Part shown: positions 56,678-64,000 of the stretch, piece by piece
Numbering within the stretch: the stretch's first letter is position 1
How the letters are laid out: each line of letters opens with the position of its first letter
Notes under the pieces: model-generated
The model's input: the letters and a program-made list of their open reading frames with translations, nothing else
What the model was told of the DNA's origin: nothing
Databases searched by the model: none
Assembly (NCBI GenBank): GCA_043812655.1
Contig: JBDRLW010000008.1
Coordinates: forward strand, 32,001-96,000
Direction of reading: 5' to 3'
Source of the DNA: a bacterium
GTDB lineage: Bacteria > Margulisbacteria > WOR-1 > O2-12-FULL-45-9 > XYB2-FULL-48-7
DNA length: 64,000 nt
Position numbers and translations under genes: made by a program

Positions 56678-57298
56678 ATGTACGTAGGATTAGGATCTGT
56701 TGGCAGAAAAATATATCATACGATTCCACAAGTAGCGCGACCCATGGTCAGAAAGGCCTTTGCCCTTTTAAATAAAGGGATTTTTTATCCCCCTCTCCCA
56801 GAAGAAAACAGCGCTAATCTTTTAAATTTTACTTCCCAAAATCACGGTATAAAACGCGAAGCCCTGGAAGCCGCGGTTAAAGCGGCCGGTTTTAAAAGCG
56901 TCTGGGAGGTTAAGGCTTGGATGCACGCCATCGATAACGAATATGATCCGGCGATCGCCGATTTCAGCGCCAGCTTTCAACCAGGCAAAGAAGCCAAACT
57001 GGATAATATCCGATCTAATGTACCAAGAAATAATTTTGGATACGTTGTCTTTTGCATTTTTATCAGCCGGATATTTAATGATAACCGATCAGCCATTAGG
57101 ACCTTCTCTGTTTCCGCTTTAACTAGCCATGGCAAAGATTTGTTCGCTAAGGCAGAGAAAAATAAATTTATTAGGCAGGTCTCTTCCGACTTTGGCAGAA
57201 TGACTTGGTCGGTTATCGCCAATCCTCTGGAAGTAGCAAAATATAGGATCTCCAATTTGCCATTAGCTGTCAGACAAGCTATCGCCGATTTAAATTAA
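56678..57298 (+). CDS. Hypothetical protein
   Basis: 206-aa ORF with an AAGGAG SD, filling the mnmA-iscU gap. Confidence 0.65.
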   Translation: MYVGLGSVGRKIYHTIPQVARPMVRKAFALLNKGIFYPPLPEENSANLLNFTSQNHGIKREALEAAVKAAGFKSVWEVKAWMHAIDNEYDPAIADFSASFQPGKEAKLDNIRSNVPRNNFGYVVFCIFISRIFNDNRSAIRTFSVSALTSHGKDLFAKAEKNKFIRQVSSDFGRMTWSVIANPLEVAKYRISNLPLAVRQAIADLN

Positions 57299-57729
57299 TG
57301 GCCGTGGTCTTCGAGCGGCTCTTCGTGGGGCTTAAATCCGGGGAGTCCCTTCCCCGTCGTCTTCTTTAAGTAATCGTCGATCGCCGCCTTGACCGCTTCT
57401 TCGGCCAGAACAGAGCAGTGCATTTTTATCGGCGGGAGACCGCCTAAAGCTTCCGCTACCGCTTTGTTAGTAAGAGATATCGCTTCTTCTAGCGACTTCC
57501 CTTTGATCATGTCGGTCGCCATCGAAGAAGTCGCGATCGCCGCGCCGCAGCCAAAGGTCTTAAACTTAACATCCGTAATGATATTGTCTTTAACTTTTAT
57601 ATACATTTCCATGATGTCGCCGCAAACGGGATTCCCGACATGGCCAATGCCGTCGGGATTTTCCATCTCCCCCACATTGTGCGGGTTTTTAAAGTGTTCC
57701 ATTACCTTATTACTATAGCCAGCCGGCAT
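57295..57729 (-). CDS. iscU: Fe-S scaffold protein
   Basis: GNPVCGD, FGCGAAIA, LPPIKMHCS. Confidence 0.95.
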   Translation of the reverse strand: MPAGYSNKVMEHFKNPHNVGEMENPDGIGHVGNPVCGDIMEMYIKVKDNIITDVKFKTFGCGAAIATSSMATDMIKGKSLEEAISLTNKAVAEALGGLPPIKMHCSVLAEEAVKAAIDDYLKKTTGKGLPGFKPHEEPLEDHGH

Positions 57730-57730
57730 A

Positions 57731-58918
57731 TTATTTCCCCCCTTTTTTGTATAACGGCGACATCGCTCTTAGCTTTGCCACAATTTCCGGCAAAGTTTTA
57801 ATGATTTTGTCGATCTCTTTCTCTGTTGTCGCTTTGCCAAGGGAAAATCGCAGCGAACCGTGGGCCGCTTCGTGGGAAAGCCCGATCGCCAGCATAACAT
57901 GAGAAGGTTCAAGAGAACCAGAAGTGCAAGCTGAACCGGTTGAGGCCGCGATCCCCAGCATATCAAGATTAAGGAGCATCGATTCCCCTTCAACATAACG
58001 AACGCTGATATTTACATTGTTCGGCAAGCGCAGGGTCGGATGGCCGTTTATATGCGTGTCAGGAATTTTTTCTAGTAATCCTTTGATCAATTTATCTCGC
58101 AACACCGTTAGTTTTTCGCTTTCCGCTTTCATTTCTTGCCCTGCGATCTCCGCCGCCACGCCAAAACCAACGATCCCCGGCACGTTTTCGGTCGAACCCC
58201 GCCGCCCTTTCTCTTGCGCCCCACCATGGATAAGGGGAGTCAACTTCGTCCCTTTCTTAATGTAAAGAACCCCTACCCCTTTTGGGCCATATAACTTGTG
58301 GGCCGAGATCGATAAAAGATCAACGCCAAGCTCATTAACATTGGTCGGAATATGTCCCGCTGTTTGGACCGCATCTGTGTGAAAATAACTCCGAACTCCC
58401 AACTCCCTGCTCCTAATTTTGATCGCCTTCGCAATTTCCGCGATCGGCTCGATCGTCCCTATTTCATTATTGGCCTGCATAATAGAGACTAAAATAGTTT
58501 TATCAGTGATCGCATTTTTTACCGACTCGGGACTGACTACCCCATACTTATCAACTGGCAGATAAGTAATCTCAAATCCATACTTCTTCAAGAATTCACA
58601 ACATTCCAAAACCGCGTGATGTTCGATCGCCGAAGTAATAATGTGGTTCCCTTTGTCCTTATTGGCAAAAGCGACGCCTTCGATCGCAAAATTATCGGCT
58701 TCCGTCCCGCCAGAAGTAAAAACGATCTCCTCTGTCTTACAGGCTAACAAACTAGCCAACTGCTCCCTCGCCTTCTCTATTGCCGCCTTGGTCTCTTGGC
58801 CAAAATAGTGGATGGAAGACGGATTGCCATATTTGTCCGCAAAATATGGGAGTATCGCCTCGATGGCTCGAGGATCAGTCGGGGTTGTCGCCGCGTAGTC
58901 TAGATATATTCGTTCCAT
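57731..58918 (-). CDS. iscS: Cysteine desulfurase
   Basis: YLDYAATTP, SAHK, STGSACTS. Confidence 0.95.
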   Translation of the reverse strand: MERIYLDYAATTPTDPRAIEAILPYFADKYGNPSSIHYFGQETKAAIEKAREQLASLLACKTEEIVFTSGGTEADNFAIEGVAFANKDKGNHIITSAIEHHAVLECCEFLKKYGFEITYLPVDKYGVVSPESVKNAITDKTILVSIMQANNEIGTIEPIAEIAKAIKIRSRELGVRSYFHTDAVQTAGHIPTNVNELGVDLLSISAHKLYGPKGVGVLYIKKGTKLTPLIHGGAQEKGRRGSTENVPGIVGFGVAAEIAGQEMKAESEKLTVLRDKLIKGLLEKIPDTHINGHPTLRLPNNVNISVRYVEGESMLLNLDMLGIAASTGSACTSGSLEPSHVMLAIGLSHEAAHGSLRFSLGKATTEKEIDKIIKTLPEIVAKLRAMSPLYKKGGK

Positions 58919-58960
58919 AGCTATAATTTTAGCATTTATTCGTCTATTTTATAAGGCTGG

Positions 58961-59185
58961 TCATATTTTTGAGACAGCATTGATAAGGACATAGCCTTGA
59001 AATAGCGCAAAAATTAAATACCATTTGCGATAAAGTTCTATTTCATCTTTAATTTTCTCGGTCGTTACTCGGTACGGGGAAATAACCAGCGTTTCCGCTG
59101 ATATTTCTTGGCTAGCCGGAAGAATGACCATAGTATTAGCCAATAACATCAAGCTAAGCAAAGCTAAAATTATTTTTTTGCCCAT
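58961..59185 (-). CDS. Small two-TM protein, array member 4
   Basis: Signal/TM helix, KDEIELYR, C-terminal TM. Confidence 0.6.
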   Translation of the reverse strand: MGKKIILALLSLMLLANTMVILPASQEISAETLVISPYRVTTEKIKDEIELYRKWYLIFALFQGYVLINAVSKI

Positions 59186-59427
59186 GTATCTATGGCTGCT
59201 CCTAATGCTATCGTTGCAATGGTCCAGAAAACCGCTTGTTGGATCGTATAAGCCCTGATCTCTTGCTCAAACCTGGCGGTCGAATAATTTTGCTTCTCAA
59301 TTATCACCCTTTTCGCCGTTGACGGCAGATGGATCACCGTTTCCCCAGTAACTGTAAGCGTTGAGGCCAGCGCTACAACAATGACAAAAGAAATGAATTT
59401 ATTATTTTTAACGTTTAGCCACTGCAT
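59170..59427 (-). CDS. Small two-TM protein, array member 3
   Basis: Same layout, EQEIRAY; start approximate. Confidence 0.6.
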   Translation of the reverse strand: MQWLNVKNNKFISFVIVVALASTLTVTGETVIHLPSTAKRVIIEKQNYSTARFEQEIRAYTIQQAVFWTIATIALGAAIDTWAKK

Positions 59428-59692
59428 AGATCAACCCCGCCCCAAGTAGCGTCCAAATGATCGCGTATTGAACCCTAAAAACCTCGAATTCATCTTTTAA
59501 TATCTTGGTGTTCACTTCGTAAGGGACTATTTTGATTATTTTTGTCCGGCCATCTAATGGGATGACCGTCACGTCACCATCAAGATGGATCTCTTTGGCC
59601 GCAGTTTCCCCAGTGACCAGCGCCAAAGAACCCCCGGTCAACATTAAATTCAACGCCAGGACCAAACTGATAACTAAACAAATCACGCGCAT
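59408..59692 (-). CDS. Small two-TM protein, array member 2
   Basis: GGAGG SD before MRVICL; KDEFEVFR. Confidence 0.6.
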   Translation of the reverse strand: MRVICLVISLVLALNLMLTGGSLALVTGETAAKEIHLDGDVTVIPLDGRTKIIKIVPYEVNTKILKDEFEVFRVQYAIIWTLLGAGLIYAVAKR

Positions 59693-59699
59693 CTGTTTT

Positions 59700-59987
59700 C
59701 TACCTCCCCTTCGTATTAATATAAACAATAAAAGCGGTCACGATCCCCGTCCAAAGAAATAAATATTTGTACCTGAAATCCTGAAAACTCTCCGCTTCTT
59801 TTTGGAAATCTTTCTTTTCACAGACCAAAACCACATTTTCCACCCCTTCATCAATATAAATATGGTTAACTCCCTCTTGAGTTGAGGTTTGAACCGACGG
59901 CATTATTGCTTGAAGCGCTAAAGCGGGATTAACTATAAATAGTAAGCTCAAGGCCAAAGCCAGAAAAGCAGTAAAATTCTTAGCCAT
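59700..59987 (-). CDS. Small two-TM protein, array member 1
   Basis: Start overlaps the larE stop; KEAESFQDFR. Confidence 0.6.
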   Translation of the reverse strand: MAKNFTAFLALALSLLFIVNPALALQAIMPSVQTSTQEGVNHIYIDEGVENVVLVCEKKDFQKEAESFQDFRYKYLFLWTGIVTAFIVYINTKGR

Positions 59988-60786
59988 CTAATTTTTCGTT
60001 CATACTACCGGTCCGGTATCCTTTGAGGTCTAGCGTAACGTAAACATAACCAAGTGATTCAAACTTTTTAACGATCTGGTCCATTATCCCCTGCTCCATC
60101 AGCTTGGGAACCGCTTCTTTATCAACTTCGATCCTGGCGATCGAGGCATGATGGCGGACCCGTAATTGTCCAAAACCGAGAGACCTTAAATATTCTTCAC
60201 CTTCAAAGATCATTTTCAGCACTGCTTCATCGATCCTTGTCCCATATGGGATCCTGGAAGCCAAGCAGGCCATTGCTGGTTTATTATGGGTCGGCAAACC
60301 TGCTTCTCTTGATAACTGACGGATCTCATTTTTAGTAAAACCAAGCTCCTGGAGGGGACTCCTTATCCCAAACTCTTTCTTGGCGCGGCTACCGGGGCGA
60401 AAATCAGAAAGGTCGTCATGGTTGGAACCATCTAAAACATGGGGAAAGCCTTTTTCACTCGCCGTCTTTTTTAACTTGGCGAATAATTCTTTCTTGCAGT
60501 AATAACAACGGTCTTGGGAATTAGCGATAAAGTTTTCATCGTCAAATTCTTCGGTCTTGATGACGAAGCAATTGGCATCGAGCTGGTCGGCCAGTTTGAT
60601 CGCCTGTTCCACTTCTACTGTCGGATACGTTGCCGATTCAGCGATAACCGCCAAAACATTATTTTTACCTAAAACTGTCCTGGCCACATAGAGGAGATAC
60701 GTACTATCCACCCCACCGGAAAAAGCGATCAAGGCCTTCTCGTAGGAAAATAATTTATTTTTTAGTGCTAACGCCTTGGTTTTCAT
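59980..60786 (-). CDS. larE: LarE-family ATP-dependent sulfur transferase
   Basis: FSGGVDS, RCYYCK, D.RPG, CLASRIPYG, GYRTGSMN. Confidence 0.9.
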   Translation of the reverse strand: MKTKALALKNKLFSYEKALIAFSGGVDSTYLLYVARTVLGKNNVLAVIAESATYPTVEVEQAIKLADQLDANCFVIKTEEFDDENFIANSQDRCYYCKKELFAKLKKTASEKGFPHVLDGSNHDDLSDFRPGSRAKKEFGIRSPLQELGFTKNEIRQLSREAGLPTHNKPAMACLASRIPYGTRIDEAVLKMIFEGEEYLRSLGFGQLRVRHHASIARIEVDKEAVPKLMEQGIMDQIVKKFESLGYVYVTLDLKGYRTGSMNEKLDG

Positions 60787-60798
60787 GATTATTTTAAA

Positions 60799-60927
60799 GC
60801 CCTCATCCGCTGGCACTTGGGCAATCCCCCTTCTCCCATAGGGAGAAGGTAACACGCAAAAATAAAAAAGGGAATTACCCTCTCCCTCTGGGAGAGGGGG
60901 GCAAGGTTAGCGTTAGCGGGTGAGGGC
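60799..60927. repeat. CCCTCACCC-family element, empty intergenic copy
   Basis: Inverted near-copy of 19663-19788. Confidence 0.85.
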
Positions 60928-60937
60928 AATATATTCA

Positions 60938-61522
60938 TTACTTCGTCAAAACAAAGATCGCTTCTTCGGCAAAAAGGTTGGGGTAAAGATAGACGCGAAA
61001 ATCACCATTAAGATACGCGTATTTCAAAACTTTTAATTTATTATTGCGGCAATATTCCCAAAAATCAAAAATAGTCAGGAAGTGGAGGTTGGGCGTATCG
61101 TGCCAGCGATAAGGGAGAGATTTGGTTACCGGCGAGCGGCCCAAGAAAAACATCTGACATCTAGCTTTTAAGGATGCAAAGTTAGAAAAGCCGATAATGA
61201 CTTTATCCCCAACCCGCAATGCTTCCTTGATCACCGTATCAACCTTGATCACTTCCTGCATGCTCTGGTTCAAGATCACATAGTCAAAAGACTTGTCGGG
61301 GTATTCTGACAACCCGGTATCAATATCCTGGTGGGTAACGCTTAAGCCTTTCTCCACGCATTTAAAGATCGCTTCATCATTTAATTCGATCCCCTGGACC
61401 CGCGCTTTTTTCGTTTTGACCAGCAGCGATAATAACTCGCCTGTCCCGCAGCCTAGGTCGAGGACTTTAGAGCCAGGCTTAATGAATTTAGCAATAACCC
61501 GATGGTCAGGCCGGTCTTTCAT
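60938..61522 (-). CDS. metW: Methionine biosynthesis protein MetW
   Basis: VLDLGCG.G, LPY.W.DTPNLH; follows metX. Confidence 0.92.
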   Translation of the reverse strand: MKDRPDHRVIAKFIKPGSKVLDLGCGTGELLSLLVKTKKARVQGIELNDEAIFKCVEKGLSVTHQDIDTGLSEYPDKSFDYVILNQSMQEVIKVDTVIKEALRVGDKVIIGFSNFASLKARCQMFFLGRSPVTKSLPYRWHDTPNLHFLTIFDFWEYCRNNKLKVLKYAYLNGDFRVYLYPNLFAEEAIFVLTK

Positions 61523-62639
61523 ATTCCCCTCCGTAAAAAGTCTTGGCGACGAAATTTTTGACCAGCCGCGACTGTTCGGCCACTTCAAGGAGAAAAGCGT
61601 CATGCCCATAGTTTGACTTCATTTCAAGATATGTGACATCGGCCTGTTTTCTCTTAAGGTGGCGGACAATTTCCTGCGATTGGTAAGCGGGATAAAGCCA
61701 ATCCGACTTAAAAGCGATGACCATGAACCTGATCGGCGATTCGCTTACGCCCGGGATCATCCGGTCATCAGACAGGTCAAAATAATCCATCGCTTTGGTC
61801 AAGTATAAATAAGAATTAGCGTCGAACCGTTTAACGAAATTATCACCTTTGTAGCGCAAGTAGCCTTCAACTTCAAACTCGGTCTTGAATTTAAAGCTTA
61901 GTTCTTTTTCCTTTAAGCGCCGCGAGAATTTTTCTTCCATCGACTTATCGCTCATGTAAGTGATGTGGCCGATCATCCGGGCGACCGCCAGGCCGCGTTC
62001 CGGTTTTTGTTTGCCATAATAATTCCCGCCATTCCAGGCTTGGTCGGCCATTACCGCCTGCCGGCCAACCTCGTCAAAAGCGATCTGTTGGGGAGAATGT
62101 TTAAAAGTCGCCGCGATCGGGATAATGCTTTGCACCTGTTTTGGATATGATGCCGCCCACTGCAAAGCTTGCATCCCGCCCATCGAGCCGCCGACGACGC
62201 TAAGCAGTTTCTCGACCCCTAAATGATCGATCAATTTTTTCTGGGCCCGGATAATATCAGCGATCGTGATCAGGGGAAAATCAAGGGCATATGGTTTTTT
62301 CGTCTCGGGGTTGATCGACGATGGCCCGGTGCTCCCGCGACAGCCGCCGATAACATTGGAACAAATAACAAAATATTTGTCGGTATCGAACGCTTTTCCC
62401 GGTCCGATCATGGTATTCCACCAGCCGACCGAACCATCTTCCTCGGAGATCCCCGCCGCGTGGGCATCGCCGGAAAAAGCGTGCTCAATTAAGATAGCGT
62501 TGCTTTTAGCCTGATTTAATTTGCCGTAAGTTTCATAAGCCAGGGTTACCGGTCCCAGGAAGCGGCCGGAATCAAGGGTTATCCCGTCAAAGTTAAAATA
62601 TTTGGCGCTGACTTTGCCTATGTTTCCTGAAAGAGCCAA
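61506..62639 (-). CDS. metX: Homoserine O-acyltransferase
   Basis: [22 protein letters not shown]. Confidence 0.95.
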   Translation of the reverse strand: MALSGNIGKVSAKYFNFDGITLDSGRFLGPVTLAYETYGKLNQAKSNAILIEHAFSGDAHAAGISEEDGSVGWWNTMIGPGKAFDTDKYFVICSNVIGGCRGSTGPSSINPETKKPYALDFPLITIADIIRAQKKLIDHLGVEKLLSVVGGSMGGMQALQWAASYPKQVQSIIPIAATFKHSPQQIAFDEVGRQAVMADQAWNGGNYYGKQKPERGLAVARMIGHITYMSDKSMEEKFSRRLKEKELSFKFKTEFEVEGYLRYKGDNFVKRFDANSYLYLTKAMDYFDLSDDRMIPGVSESPIRFMVIAFKSDWLYPAYQSQEIVRHLKRKQADVTYLEMKSNYGHDAFLLEVAEQSRLVKNFVAKTFYGGEYERPA

Positions 62640-63547
62640 GTTGATAAATACCTCTCTCCGCTATCAGGTAAAAGGACCACGATCTTTTTCCCTGCCGACT
62701 CTGGTCTTTTTGCCACTTCCAACGCGGCCCACAGGGCGGCTCCGCTTGAGATCCCAACCAAAAGACCTTCTTCCTTCGCCGCTTGGCGGGCAATAATGCC
62801 TGCGTCATCCGAAGACACCTGTATTATCTCATCAATTACTTTAGAATTCAAAACCCCCGGCACAAAACCTGCACCGATCCCTTGGATCTTATGGGGTCCG
62901 GGCTGGCCGCCTGATAAGACGGGAGAGTCTTTCGGCTCAACCGCCATGACCTTAACCTCCGGCTTGTTTTGCTTCAAGATTTCGCCAATGCCGGTGATCG
63001 TCCCGCCTGTCCCAACACCAGCGATAAAAACATCAACTTCACCGGCGGTGTCATCCCAAATCTCCAGGGCCGTTGTCCGGCGATGGATCTCCGGATTGGC
63101 CGAATTATTGAATTGCTGGGGGACAAAACTGTTGGGAATTTTTTTGGACAATTCGTCAGCTTTTTCGACCGCCCCCTTCATCCCCTTTGCCCCTTCGGTC
63201 AAAACCAATTCCGCGCCAAAGATCTTGAGCAGTTGACGCCTCTCTATACTCATCGTCTCCGGCATTGTTAGGATCAAACGATAACCCCTGGACGCGCAGA
63301 CAAAAGCTAACGCGATCCCGGTATTACCACTCGTCGGCTCAATGATCACGGTCCCCTTTTTAATCAATCCCGCTTTTTCTCCCGCCTCGATCATGGCCAG
63401 GCCGATCCGGTCTTTCACACTGGAAAGCGGATTGAAAGATTCAACTTTGGCTAAGATCGTGGCATTCAAGCCTTTAGTGATATGGTTTAGCCGCACGAGC
63501 GGCGTCCGACCGATCGTCTGGGTTATATCATCATATATTTTTCCCAT
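62618..63547 (-). CDS. cysK: Cysteine synthase A
   Basis: [26 protein letters not shown]. Confidence 0.96.
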   Translation of the reverse strand: MGKIYDDITQTIGRTPLVRLNHITKGLNATILAKVESFNPLSSVKDRIGLAMIEAGEKAGLIKKGTVIIEPTSGNTGIALAFVCASRGYRLILTMPETMSIERRQLLKIFGAELVLTEGAKGMKGAVEKADELSKKIPNSFVPQQFNNSANPEIHRRTTALEIWDDTAGEVDVFIAGVGTGGTITGIGEILKQNKPEVKVMAVEPKDSPVLSGGQPGPHKIQGIGAGFVPGVLNSKVIDEIIQVSSDDAGIIARQAAKEEGLLVGISSGAALWAALEVAKRPESAGKKIVVLLPDSGERYLSTWLFQET

Positions 63548-63560
63548 CGCTCTCTCCTTT

Positions 63561-64000
<440 letters not shown>

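Overview
Bacterial chromosomal window, almost entirely coded on the minus strand. Outer-membrane proteins and NfnAB suggest a diderm, probably anaerobic organism; the style is reminiscent of Saganbacteria/Margulisbacteria, which I cannot confirm. 1-32.3 kb is a nitrogen-assimilation cluster (gltBD, GSI, GSIII, amtB-glnK, nadE, nfnAB, a NifA-like sigma-54 activator, nrpR, a PPDK-like protein, gdhA) with an F1Fo ATP synthase operon and a restriction-modification/Panacea toxin-antitoxin islet embedded in it. 32.3-64 kb holds a MacAB-TolC-type exporter, an mpsC-like gene followed by pckG-purC-putative carbonic anhydrase, tRNA-modification, folate, NAD and Fe-S genes, and met/cys genes. Most notable observations: (1) an intact tRNA(CAT) nested inside a complete second copy of the same tRNA that is split by five hairpin insertions (53.7-54.1 kb); (2) a CCCTCACCC...GGGTGAGGG palindromic element family, with one copy carrying a DUF559 nuclease, two empty copies and one in-frame inside nfnB; (3) three sigma-54 promoters, each with a paired ACAAWWTTGT-like box; (4) a candidate NrpR operator inside the gdhA promoter; (5) a terminator-containing leader between the mpsC-like gene and CO2-handling genes. 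All calls come from reading motifs by eye; no searches were run.
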